A DNA stretch of 64,000 nt from positions 49,538,001 to 49,602,000 of the forward strand of contig NC_043004.1 in NCBI RefSeq assembly GCF_006345805.1, given 5' to 3'. Position numbers and translations under genes: made by a program. Source of the stretch: Octopus sinensis. Its lineage: Eukaryota. The notes below the pieces were generated by a model. That model searched no databases, was not told the DNA's origin, and saw only the letters and a list, made by a program, of their open reading frames with translations. Position 1 is the stretch's first letter; the number at the start of each line of letters is the position of its first letter. This document shows, one piece after another, positions 35,401 to 47,189 of this stretch.

Positions 35401-37228
35401 ATGGTGTGTTATAAGAATTTATGGAAAGGTACCCCATAGAACTCAACAAATTTGTTAAAAATGGAGAAGAGAAGATGTGAAAATTTTAAAAAAATTTAAT
35501 ACGTGCATACAATCATTTCAAGCAGCGATATTAAAACATGTAAATTCATGGTAGAATAATTAAATTAATTTGATTAAATTAAATTAATTACATATCACTG
35601 TTCTCCTCAGTGCAAGAAGTATAAACAAAAAATTATTACAGAGGACTTGATGAAGGAAATAGCAGAGAACAAGTTTGGATATACATATTTATTCTTATGA
35701 AAATTGACAGCATCATAACAAAGAATGTGAGTCTAGTTGTGTATAAACTAAAACTAAAGCAACTAATAGTTATTTGAAAATATAAATGAAAAAGGTTTTA
35801 AGAAGAGTAAGTAGATATGTAATTTAAGCTCCAAATAAGACATTTATTAGAGGAAAGAACACCATACAAAAATAAGTATACTCATACTGGTGCAAAGAGT
35901 GAGAAAAAAAGTCAAGTCATATCCTAATTTAAACATAACTATGCTTTTCCATTGGACATTTCTATAAACTTCCTCTACTATATGACTTGGAGTTTGAATT
36001 ACTTATCTACTTACTCTTCTCTAGAGGGAATATCTCTTAAAACTTTTTTCCCTTATATTTTCAAACTAGCAGCATAGCCCGGCGTTGCCCGGGTATGTAA
36101 GAGCCCCTAGTAGGCAAGGACTAGTCCCAATCTAGTCCTTTCCCTCTAAGGAATGAAGACGCATGTGTAGGTTGCAATGTCTTCTCTTCACTCCCAAATA
36201 ACTATCAAACAGCTATCGATAATTGAACCCAACCAATCCCTACCAGGAAGAAATTACATTCGAGACTTTACCCCCACTTCTGCTAATAGCTGCTGCAGCC
36301 GCAAGTTATTCGAATACTTTTTTTGTTTACACTTTCTTTATAACTACCACCCCAAACGTTTTACCTTAAATTTTTGACGTACCCCAAGGGTCCTCGGACG
36401 CTACTTGCAAACTCTTGGTTTATTATAAACCGCTTTTGTCGTGTGCATCAAAAAACCTTTTCCATTCGTTTGTTCAGTTTGGTCACTTTTGACTTTTTCG
36501 TTGTTGTCACTCACATTGCTGCCCGCATTTTTGCTGTTTTTGTACATTTTTATACATTTTGGGATACTTACCCCACGTGTTCCGAGAGTTAAAAAGGTCG
36601 AGTTGCGTCCCCTAGGCAGTCTGTAGAAAATGTGTTGCATATAAAAAGCTTAGATTCTTGACCCATGTCGAATTTATCGATTTTCTTTCAGAACTGGGGG
36701 AACTTCTCAAAATTTTCGCTGCGTTAGTTTTGAATTATGACATTGGGCTATGTGTGTGTCAAGTTTCATCAGAATCGGTTGAAAGCCGAGGTCAGGGTGA
36801 GGGTACAACCTGACAGACACACAGATACACAAACTGCCGTTTATATATAGAGAGATGACTGTTAGTTGCCTTAGTTTTAGTTTATGCACAACTAGACTCA
36901 CATTTTTTGTTATGATGCTCTCAATTTTCATAAGAATAAATATGTATAACTGAACTTGTTCTCTGCTATTTCCTTCGTCAAATCCTCTGTAATAATAATT
37001 TCTTGTTTATACTTCTTGCACTGAAGAGAACAGTGATATGCAATTAATTTAGTTTAATCAAATTAATTTAATTATTCTACCATGAATTTACATGTTTTAA
37101 TATCGCTGCTTGAAATGATTGTATGCATGTATTAAAATTCTTTCAAATTTTAACATCTCCTCTTCTCCATTTTTAACAAATTTGTTGAGTTCTATGGGAT
37201 ACCTTTCCATAAATTCTCATAACACACC

Positions 37229-37230
<2 letters not shown>
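35401..37230. repeat. Inverted duplication with arms 35401-35772 and 36856-37230
   Basis: Reverse-complement alignment by eye gives about 90-93% identity over ~372 bp. Confidence 0.95.
36066..36855 (-). mobile_element. Non-autonomous Helitron
   Basis: On the minus strand: A|TC 5' end, 3' hairpin CCCGG-GCAACG-CCGGG upstream of CTAG|T; no TSD. Confidence 0.88.
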
Positions 37231-37273
<43 letters not shown>

Positions 37274-37329
37274 CCTATTTAGACTTTTGAATTAACTAAA
37301 CTATAGAGATAAGTGACTGAGACTTTTGG

Positions 37330-37592
37330 CAATATACTGTGTGTGAGAAGACTTGTCAAGCCAAGTGAGATTGTAGTCGTGGCTGATGCCAGTGTTTTGT
37401 AACTGGCATCCATGCTGGTGGTATTTAAAAAGCACCCGCTACACTCTTAGAGTGGTTGGTGTTAGGAAGGGCATCCAACTGTAGAAACCCTGCTAAATCA
37501 GACTGGAACCTGGTGTAGCTCCCCAGCTTACCAGTTTTTAGTCAAACCGTCTGACCAATGCAGCATGAAAAATAGCCATATGATGATGATGA
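37330..37592 (+). mobile_element. RTE-tail-related short retroposon, same family as 3860..4252
   Basis: aagacttgtcaagccaagtgagat..aagggcatcc..atgatgatgatg. Confidence 0.75.
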
Positions 37593-37595
37593 TGT

Positions 37596-37643
37596 GATAA
37601 ATATATATGTGTGTGTGTGTATGTATATATGTATGTGTGTGTG

Positions 37644-37686
<43 letters not shown>

Positions 37687-37760
37687 CATATGTATATGTG
37701 TGTATATATATATGTGTATGTGTGTGTGTGTATACACACACACACACACACACACACACA
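37596..37760. repeat. Compound (TA)n/(TG)n/(CA)n microsatellite
   Basis: Directly visible. Confidence 0.95.
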
Positions 37761-38219
37761 ACCCACGCCAGCATCGAAAATGGATACTGAATGATGATGA
37801 TGACAACACACACATTACAGGTTTCCAGTTTCTGTTCACCGAATTAGGAGTAGGGTGGACACAATATTGGAAAGTGGCATGAGACAAGCTAGTTCTGAGA
37901 CGCAAAGGCTACTACTTGAAGTATAAGTTTTCTGTGATGTCCCTCTAATCCCACAATACAAGAGAGTATGAGAATAATATAGTAAATTCTCTCACTTAGG
38001 GAAAGTTAAAGAGTGATTCCCATGAATAATGGAAGATAAGAGAGTAGATTATATCATTTTCAGTTGACTGAAAAGCTTTATTATCAAAGGTATCATAATA
38101 ATTATGAGGGTCTTATTTTCTATGCTTTACAAGCTTTGCCACTCAACTATATAAATATCACAATAAGCAATAATGTTTAATAAATAACAATCTATTAATG
38201 TTTATTTTATAATACCTAC

Positions 38220-38295
38220 CTCTAAAACTGTTGTTTTTCTCTGCTTTTGAGTATCAGTACTTGAGGCTATACCACTGTCAAAAGCCGATGTTTTC
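38220..38295 (-). CDS. Candidate exon, phase 2-in (KTSAFDSGIASSTDTQKQRKTTVLE)
   Basis: Acceptor tattttctccag, donor GAG|gtaggt (or TAG|gtatta 4 nt further on, giving phase 1); lies in ORF 38202..38567. Confidence 0.45.
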
Positions 38296-38307
38296 CTGGA
38301 GAAAATA

Positions 38308-38325
38308 ATAATAGTAGTAGTGGTG

Positions 38326-38361
<36 letters not shown>

Positions 38362-38450
38362 GTAAAAAAATGATAATAATAATAATAATAATAATAATCT
38401 CTTAAATATAGAACTGAATAATAATAATGATAATAATAATTAATAATAAT
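38308..38450. repeat. (TAG)n/(TGG)n/(TAA)n microsatellite
   Basis: Directly visible. Confidence 0.95.
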
Positions 38451-38454
38451 CCTT

Positions 38455-38850
38455 TGTACTATAGGCACAAGGCCTGAAATTTGTGGGGAGGGGACTAGTC
38501 GATTACAGTGACCCCAGTATCCAAAAGGATGAAAGGCAAAGTTAATTTTGGCAGCATTTGAACTCAAAATGTAAAGCTACTCAGTAGTTTGTCTAGCATG
38601 CAAATGATTCTGCCAGCTTACTGCTTTTGTCACAATAATAATAATAATGGTAATCCTTTCTACTATAGGTAGAAGGCTTAAAATTTTGGGGAAAGGAGGA
38701 ATTTGATTACATCAACTCCAGAGATCAGCTGGTAGTTATTTTACTGACCCTGAAAGGATGAAAGGCAAAGTTAACCCTGGTGGAATTTGAGCACAGAATG
38801 TGAAGACAGACGAACTACTGCTAAGCATTTTGTCTGGTGTACTAACAATT
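38455..38850 (-). mobile_element. Two adjacent decayed SINEs
   Basis: Both have caaggcctgaaattt..gattacat..ggatgaaaggcaaagt..atttgaactc motifs. Confidence 0.65.
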
Positions 38851-38886
38851 CAGCTTTATAATAATAACTATATTTTTTTTAATGTA

Positions 38887-40158
38887 TTGGGTCATCCCAT
38901 AAATAATGTGGTTTCTTTTATACTTCTTTCATTTTTAGAAATTAAGACAAAGTTCTTTTTTAATCTAAAATATACTCTCCTTCATTTTCTGCAATACTTT
39001 CCCATCTATCTGGTAGACTTGCAAGGCCCCACTTCCAAAATTCACTTGTCTGTAATAAAAAAATACTCAACCAGTACTGTTCTGACCTCGACTACAGAAT
39101 TCATATTTTTGCCATCCAAATGATTTTGAAGACTGCAGAATAAATGATAATCAGATGGCAAATATGGTGGGTGAGGCATTGTTTCCTATTCAAACTGCTC
39201 CAGCCTTTGGAATGTCACCCTCACTGTATGTGGCCAAACATTATCCTGATGGAAGAATACTTTTTGTCTTGAAACCAAAGATGGTCATTTTCCTCCTAGT
39301 GCTGACTTAAGCTGCTCAAGTTGCTTGCAGTAGATCTCCTTTCTTATCATTTGGTTTGGGTTTAAAAGTTCAAAGTGGACTAAACCTTTCATATCCCACC
39401 AAACAGAAAACAACACCTTACATGAGTAAAGACCTTCTTTAGCCTGGGGGGTGCTGGTGTTTCTCGTTTACCAACCTACTGTCTTAGGTGCTTGACATTT
39501 TTATAGAGAAGCCATTTCTCATCACCAGTCACTATTCAGTCCAAAAAAGGTTCATTTGTGAGACGTGACAGCAAAGTAGAGCACACATTCACTTTCTACA
39601 TGTGATTAGACTTGGAAAGTTTGTGGGAAATCTATTGACCCAATTTCCTGACTTTTCTGATGGCATGCAGGTATTGATGAATGATTGAATGACCAAATCC
39701 AAGTTTCTCTGCTAGTTCCTCAACAGTTATGATGAGATTTTGTTCCACCAGGGTTCACTAGACATCCTCGTTAAGCTCTACAGATCTTCCAGGATGCAGC
39801 TTGTCTTCTAGGCTGTAGTTTCCGGCTCGGAATTTCTGGAACCACTGTTGACACTAGCTTACACTTAATGTCCAATCTCCATATACTGCAACTATATTTC
39901 TTGCACTTTCCATTGCATTGTTGCCTTTAATGAACTCATAAAGCAAAATATGCTGAATATGCTCCTTTGCCACTTCTATTATAGCTTTGAAAAAATAACT
40001 GTTAAAATTGAACTGCATTCCAAAACTTACACTAAGAATAAGGACAAGGTAAAATTACCACCTGCTTTTATAGCAAGTTGATGCAATTGGTTTATCCAAT
40101 CCCCCTCCGACTTTTAGTTCAAGCAATTAAAAAAACTATTATTTATAGTATTACCCAA
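38887..40158 (-). mobile_element. Second mariner copy, same family as 2263..3454
   Basis: Collinear homology throughout; TIRs ttgggtcatcccataaataat / attatttatagtattacccaa; TA flanks. Confidence 0.92.
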
Positions 40159-40309
40159 TATATAACACACAGAAAATAGCACTACTATGCACCACACACA
40201 TCCTACGTAAAGTATTTTTAATACAGTGAAAATAAGCACATACCCAAGGCACACAGAGCTGTGCTTGGTAGTGTAGTGAAAGCATGTGATAAAAATATGG
40301 CCACTGAAT

Positions 40310-40590
40310 AATAATAATAATCCTTTCTACCATGGGCACAAGGTCTGAAATTTGTGGGGAGGGGACTAGTTGATTACATTGATCCCAGTGTTTCATTGGT
40401 ACTTAACTTATTGACCCCAAAAGGATGAAGGACAAAGTCAACCTTCTTACCACACAGCAATGCCTGTGCCGTCCGAAAGGATGAAAGGAGAAGTTGATCT
40501 CGGCAGAATTTGAACTCAGAACATAATAACACATGAAATGCTAAGCATTTTTCCCAGTGTGTTAATGATTCTGCCAGCTTGCCGCCTTTC
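40310..40590 (-). mobile_element. Decayed SINE(s)
   Basis: Same motifs as 55977..56205. Confidence 0.65.
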
Positions 40591-40609
40591 TATATAAATA
40601 ATAATAATA

Positions 40610-41710
40610 ATGAGCGGTATTGATAGACTATGTGCCTAGGAATAAAGAAGGAAGAAGCCTTATAGGATGCAACATCTGTGTTGCCAGCAAGAAGAGTCTT
40701 GGATGGTACATGAAACAGCTGAATGAATCTTTGCTTGCTGCTGCTAGAAATAATAAAACGATACCTACTGAAAATGTGACGCACCCAAAAACATTTAAGA
40801 AACAAGATGAAGAACAAAGAATAAAAAATTGGAAAATGAAAACAATACACGGGCAATACCTCAGAGAAATCAAAAAGAAAGACAAAACCAATAACTGAAG
40901 ATGGCCAAGAAAAAGTGATCTGAAAGGATGCATTGAGGCACTGATATGCAGTACCCAGGAACTGAGAACTAATTATACCAAATTCCAAATTAATAAGAAC
41001 TGTCAATCACACCTTTGTATGATGTGTAGTAGTGAAAACTAAACAATCTCACATATTGTGAATGAGAAGTTGGCCCAAAAACCCTACAAAAGAAGGCATG
41101 ATAACATAGCTAAGTTTATTCACAGAAGACTGTGTGAAAAGTGCAGTCTAGGCACAACACAGAAATGGTACAAACATGAACCAGAGGGTGTCAGTGAGAA
41201 CAATGAATATAAGAACCTGTAGGATTTTACAATCCAATGTGACTCCCTAATTGGTGCTTGGAGACCAGACATTGCTGTGGTGCATAAAAGAAAAAAGAAA
41301 CCAAGATCATAGATATTGCCATACCTGGGGATGCACATGTAGATGACAAAGAGCTAGAAAAGATGGTGGAATATGGACTACTAAATGACAAAATTGCAAG
41401 AATGTAGGCAATGAGGAGAGTAACAATCATCCCAGTAGTTGTAGGGGCACTCAGAGCACTAACAACCAAGTTCAGGAATTAACATGAGGGCAGAACAGGC
41501 CTGATAAACTGTTCTATTGAAGACAGCTAGGATTCTGAGATTGGTGTTTGGGTGTTGAGTGTCTTCCACAATAAGCTAACATCCGGGTACCAAAGCTTAT
41601 AATTCATGGAAGGAGACTCTGTAAGACCTCTGACAACAGGTTGCTGTATGCTCTCACAGAATCAACCAGAATAATTAAGACCAAGAGTTCTGAGAAATAT
41701 AATAACAATT
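40610..41710 (+). mobile_element. R4/Dong-like non-LTR retrotransposon relic (5'-truncated; zinc knuckle and restriction-like endonuclease region)
   Basis: ORF 40620..40898 (YVPRNKEGRSL..HGQYLRE) followed by fragments CMMC..TISHI, YKRRHDNIA, RPDIAVV and IIDIAIPGD; begins after (TAA)n. Confidence 0.85.
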
Positions 41711-42210
41711 TCTTATATTTGCTACCAGTGTGATAGATGAAGAGAGACTATGCAAAGACATACATAAAATTTGGGGCTTTACATTGCATGATTAAAAAAA
41801 TTTTTCGTAATGTAAATATACACGATATACAATATTAACAAAAGGAAATGAACTAGAAGCATGCATGGTAAAAAAAAGAAGAGATGATGGAACCAATTTT
41901 CCTGGTACAGGAGGACTTCAAGAGCCGTTTGAGGAAATACGTCATCCAAGGTATACCTGTAGAGCAAACCTATCAGATTGAGAAAAGCTATTACAGGTAC
42001 AGTTCATCTGACAGGCTTCTGCAGTTACAATCCTCAATCACAAGGCTTGAGTTGATGCTAAGCTGTGATAAAGGAAGTTGCCTAAGATGTCACACAGTAC
42101 AATCAAACTTGGAATGTGTTGGTTATGAAGTGAAGCTTTTAACCAGTCAGTCATGACTGGGCTTTGGTACAATTTCTTTTAACCAAATTCTGTTCATAGA
42201 GTGGTGATGT

Positions 42211-42556
42211 GGAAGCACTCCGTCGGTTACGACGACGAGGGTTCCGGTTGATCCGATCAACGGAACAGCCTGCTCGTGAAATTAACGTGTAAGTAGCTGA
42301 GCACTCCACAGACATGTGTACCCTTAACGTAGTTCTCGGATATTCAGCGTGACACAGAGAGTGACAAGGCCGGCCCTTTGAAATACAGGTACAACAGAAA
42401 CAGGAAGTAAGAGCGAGAGAAAGTTGTGGTGAAAGAGTACAGCAGGGATCACCACCATCCCCTGCCAGAGCCTCGTGGAGCTTTAGGTGTTTTCGCTCAA
42501 TAAACACTCACAATGCCCAGTCTGGGAATCGAAACCACTGGGCCATCGCGCCTCCG
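42211..42556 (-). mobile_element. tRNA-derived SINE with a conserved central domain and a 12-bp TSD
   Basis: TSD gagtggtgatgt at 42199-42210 and 42557-42568; B-box-like gaatcgaaacc in a partly deleted head. Confidence 0.88.
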
Positions 42557-43249
42557 GAGTGGTGATGTAAGCAATGGCCTAAACTACCTGTGGAAATAAA
42601 TCTAGAACAATATGGCTGTGTCTGCACCATTGAGATATATGTTTATAATGTTAATTTTATTTTGATCAACATAATCAGTTTATACAAATTTCACAAAAAT
42701 TTTAAGAAATTTTATGTTAAATCCTAAAAAGAAAAATGAACAATGTTTATTTACAAAAGATGAAAATATAGAGAAAGATTCAACTGATTTCTTTGAAGGA
42801 ATATGAAAATTTCTTGTATGGTACCTTGGCTTACCATTAAAGATTTTACCTAGAGTTAAGTTAAACTGGCAGAACACAAATCTCTAGATTATTGTTAACC
42901 TCAAGTCAATGCTGATCTAGAAATCAGAGACATTCCCAAGTTGACCATTCAGTCTTATGTTCAGATGCAGTGTATCTAGGAATACACTGTACAACATATT
43001 CTTTCCTTTTGAAAGAGTTGACTATTATTTAAAGTATGTTTTAGTAGCTATTTCTAGCAGATAAAGTGATTATGAAGTTGTTTACCTTCTCCAAGTTAGC
43101 GATTCTGGTTGGAAATTGTAGATATGTGAATTAAGGTAAATGGATTGAATTTGTATTGCAGATTTATCTTGTTTAGAATTTATCCCTTTTTCCCAGTTCT
43201 TGTACCTTAGAAGAGATTTACTTTCTGTAGAATATGAGCTTCAACTTAC

Positions 43250-43310
43250 TTAGTATTGGAGTCAGTCAGTTTTCTAGAAATGAGAAGTTGCTGTTTCAGT
43301 GGCACAGATT
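43250..43310 (-). CDS. Candidate exon, 61 bp, phase 1->2 (SVPLKQQLLISRKLTDSNT)
   Basis: Strong donor gtaagt and plausible acceptor atcccag, but not required for frame continuity; 43086..43226 is an alternative phase 1->2 candidate. Confidence 0.25.
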
Positions 43311-45889
43311 CTGGGATGATTATAGAATTCTCTTGATAAGCACAACCTGGAAAATGAACATTTTTGTAGTGCTGAAGAGCTGAAAAATCTGAGATATTTA
43401 TAATGAGAACTTAACATTTAGGAAGTATATTTTAGTGAACAAGAGTATAAAACTGTCTTTTGCAGATATTCATTTTAATTAATTCACTTGTTTAGTCAAT
43501 TTTATAAGAGTAAACAAGTATCCAGTTAAAGGATTACAACAAATCAACAAAACTGTATCTTAGATATATAAATAAAGATATACTGTCTCTTATGCATAAA
43601 ATTTAAAGTAGTCTTATATCTCAAGTACAGGCAAACATCCTAAGTTAATGTGTATTCTAGATATTTTTCCAGTTTTATTGTGAATTACGATGCTCTAAAA
43701 TGCAAGATTATATACAATAGCAGCTTAATGGGTGTTAAGTTAAGATGCTGGGCGACTGCATTCCTCATTAAATATGCTAAAACTAACTTTATTTTCTTCA
43801 ATGTAACTGATAATCTCTGATTTATTTATTCTCTAAACAAGTCTAGGTTTATACACTAATCAGAGTACAATTCTTATACATTTACTTAGTGATTTCTCCA
43901 CCACTATTCTGGAAAGTGCAGTAAAGTTTACGCTTTGCTGATGAAGTCATAATAACAGGGAAACTTATTTAGAGTTATCTGCCACATCTAATAAATTAAA
44001 ATCACATTAGTTAGTCTCATTTTTGTCCTCACTATATGATTATTTATAATTTGCTTTTTAATTCCTTCATGCATTAACTATGTTAATATTAAGTACACTC
44101 ACATCAAATTTAAAGCTGTCATTGTATTCCTGAACAAGTTCCTTAACTCTACTTGTTAGTTTGACTTACAGGTGCATATTTGAGTAATTAGTGGTAGGAA
44201 AAGTAACCAGCTGTAAAAAACATTTGCTCCAATAAAAACCAAGTAACTTGTGTAAAACGAAAGAAAACAATATATGTGAATCTCATTTTAAAGATAATAT
44301 AGGTATTATTGACAAAGATTTAGTTGCTATGTTGAACTATTTGGCCACAGACATAGAAACTATCTTGATAGCTACTATGTAAAAATGTAAATACAAAGAA
44401 AATAGGATAGGAATCAAATTCTATCAGAGAATACTTGTCCTTGATATCAATGATTTGTTGACTTTCTGTACTCATGTGTATATCTACAAATTGTTATAAG
44501 AAAGGCTAAAAAAGACCGATTAAGTAGACAGTTATAGCTGCTCCATATTGTATATTTTCTAGTAGTATCACGTTTTAAAAGATATTTATAAAGAAAAAGC
44601 CTGAAAGAACAAAATCAGCGATCCAATCATGCTTGTGTTCTAATTTTTAACATTGTCCTTTGAGAAAAGAATTAAAAAAAAATTTATATTTTCTTGGAAA
44701 TAACTATTTAAAAAATTTCTTTCTAGGGAAACTAAAACTGAAATTGACAATTTACCTCCCTTAGACTGGTCTCATATTATCTCCCTTATACTACTGCATA
44801 TGATCACATGCAAGCGATATTGCAGAGTAAAAAAAGGTAAATGAACAAACAATAAAAACGGCGTATCTTAATTCTTCCCCAAGTGAGATACTTTTTGTTA
44901 GAACAACTACGTTTACAGCCGAACTCTATAGAAAACAACCAGTGAATCACTTTATTGTGACTATGTTACACACACAGAAGATATGTTGGACAATACAGAG
45001 GCTCTATGTGGTTCCTTGATCTACTAGAAATAGCACCAAAATATTGGTTGATAAATCACAAGCGTATAGCAGGGTCTCTTAGGGAAATTTTTCCGAGTGA
45101 AACAGGACTGCTTTCAGGCACTGGTGATGATAGGTTCTCAAAATCACAAAGTGTCTGTGATATTTTTTCTCTTTTTCAAGAGATAGACACACAATAAATT
45201 AATGTTAGTTCTCCAAACTCTAGACTGATGTACTGACTGACCTAGCTGTTATATCAGTAAACCTGATATGTATCCTTTCTATCACTTTATCATTCAGTAT
45301 CTCTCTGAAATGGTATAAGTATTAGGATATAATTGTGTATCAGTATAAAGCTTAAATAAAAGATATATTCTTTCAGATGGTCAGTGATGTTGATGTGACA
45401 AAAGTGTAAAATCATACTAGTATTTAATTACCAATGAAAAGATATCATATTAAGGGCACAACATCGAGTAAATCAAGTTTATAACATTTTCATTGGTACA
45501 AATTGCTGAAGTAAGTAGTGTAGTGGTACCTCTGGTTATGCTAAATGGAATTGCTTGACTAGCAAAAACATATTCCACCCCTATTTCATATTTGTGTGGT
45601 TAAAAGTAGAAAGGGTATCCAGTAGGAAATAGAATTACTCCAGTGAAAATGAAGCAAAAGTGAAAAATGAAAACGAAACATTTTCCCTATTCTGGTACAG
45701 AAAAAAAAATGTTAAATTGTGAAAAGAATATTAATCAACAGGGTACCAGAAATACTCAGAAATTAAGACAATACTCTTTACAGCTTACACTGAACTATAC
45801 TATCAATTCTTGAAAAATCAATGATTGTAATAACAACTGAGTGTAATTAGTTATAAAGAGATAATCAAGTTAGATAATGAAAAACACAC

Positions 45890-46006
45890 TTTCTTGAGTT
45901 TCCTGGATAGTAGAGATGGATGGATTGTTCAATATTGATCTATTTGATTCCTTCGATTCTGTTGCAGTTGAACTGCTTGTGGTTTTGTTTTCAGGTTTCT
46001 TTTTAT
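45890..46006 (-). CDS. SYCP2: SYCP2-like exon, 117 bp, phase 1->1 (KKKPENKTTSSSTATESKESNRSILNNPSISTIQETQE)
   Basis: Poly-T-ag acceptor, donor gtgtgt (weaker); open frame. Confidence 0.7.
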
Positions 46007-46357
46007 CTAAAAAAAAAACATGAGAAACAAATCAAAATTAAGAGTTAAATGTGTCATCTGTGTCAGCTTGAGAAAATTAAAGCACGTAAAGAGATCAGAG
46101 AACAAATAAAAGAGAAGACCTAATCAATACATTATCAGCAAAGATAACTGGAGAAACAATTACTGAGTAGTTTCCCTTGAGCAAAGCTCGGGTGTGAAAT
46201 AAAGAAAAAGTGAAATGACACACACAACTGTAATGAGTATCAACAGGTAACTATATTTATTTAAATCACATGATTATGTTCACACACATTTATGCGCACA
46301 AACAAAAAGAAAGCACATGAAGTGGAGGTTATATTGGAAATCTTGTGTATATCTTAC

Positions 46358-46462
46358 TACGGTTGTCTTTGCGAAGTGGATACTTTTCTGGCAAAAGGTT
46401 TAGTTTGTCAAATGATCTCAATCTTGTCTTATTAGATGTGTTTTTCACTGTAGTTGTTTGGG
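46358..46462 (-). CDS. SYCP2: SYCP2-like exon, 105 bp, phase 1->1 (QTTTVKNTSNKTRLRSFDKLNLLPEKYPLRKDNR)
   Basis: Acceptor catctctag, donor gtaaga; open frame. Confidence 0.7.
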
Positions 46463-46607
46463 CTAGAGATGTAAAATCAATGAGGATATAATGAATGCAA
46501 CAACAAATAACTAGTTAAATATAAAAATTTTAATATATTTCAAATTTAATTTACAATCATTAGCAATACAAGATGGAAAAAAAAAATATTTGTAATGGTA
46601 AGCTTAC

Positions 46608-47189
46608 ATTTGCTGTCACCACACTGAGATACTGGAAAGTGAGACTGGTCAAGGTTGGTTTTTGTATTTTCCCTTGATGTCAAAGCAGAGTTATCTCTTG
46701 TATCAGGAATCTTTTTAGCTTGTTCTTTTTTCTTGCAGGAATTATTTGAAATATCTAAAACAGGAGTTGACCTGACATTTTGTTTTATTCTAGATGATCT
46801 TTCATTTGTTTTTAAAGATGATGTGTTTTTAAGCATGTTCTTATTTTCTCTTCCAGCAACTTTTCCAGTTGAATCTGTAACAAAATCTGAACTGGACTCT
46901 GGGCTCATTGTCATGTTGTTATCTCTAGTTCTTGAACGAAGCTTTCTCGGAGATTTTGGAGGAGTAGCTTTTTTTTGTGGTGAAGGAAGATCCTGGCCTT
47001 TAACGATAAGCCTAGTGGATCTTCTAGATGAAACTTTTTCACATGTTCTCAATGGTTGATTTAGAGCTGGCTTTTTAGCAGATGATCTCTGTCCACTTTT
47101 AGTATTGGTCAGATCTGTTTTAGGACTATTTAAAGCAGAACTCTTGCTTGGCATGGCAGCAGTTATTTTTTCATCTTTTTTCTTCAGTT
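46608..47189 (-). CDS. SYCP2: SYCP2-like exon, 582 bp, phase 1->1, disordered basic S/T-P-rich segment
   Basis: Acceptor tatttacag, donor gtaagc; lies in ORF 46546..47358; many SP/TP-x-K sites (SPK, TPPKSPRK). Confidence 0.85.

Noticed and set aside
37528-37905. ORFs rich in YI/HT/CV dipeptides (also at 4.2, 22.8 and 26 kb)
   Set aside because: Translations of TA/CA microsatellites
41884-42156. 90-aa + strand orphan ORF (MMEPIFLVQEDF...)
   Set aside because: No recognisable motif, runs into repeat remnants, and length is within chance expectation
45242-45304. Open 63-bp segment with ag/gt borders (EILNDKVIERIHIRFTDITA)
   Set aside because: Phase 2->2 does not fit the phase-1 end of the upstream exon; cannot be placed without transcript data
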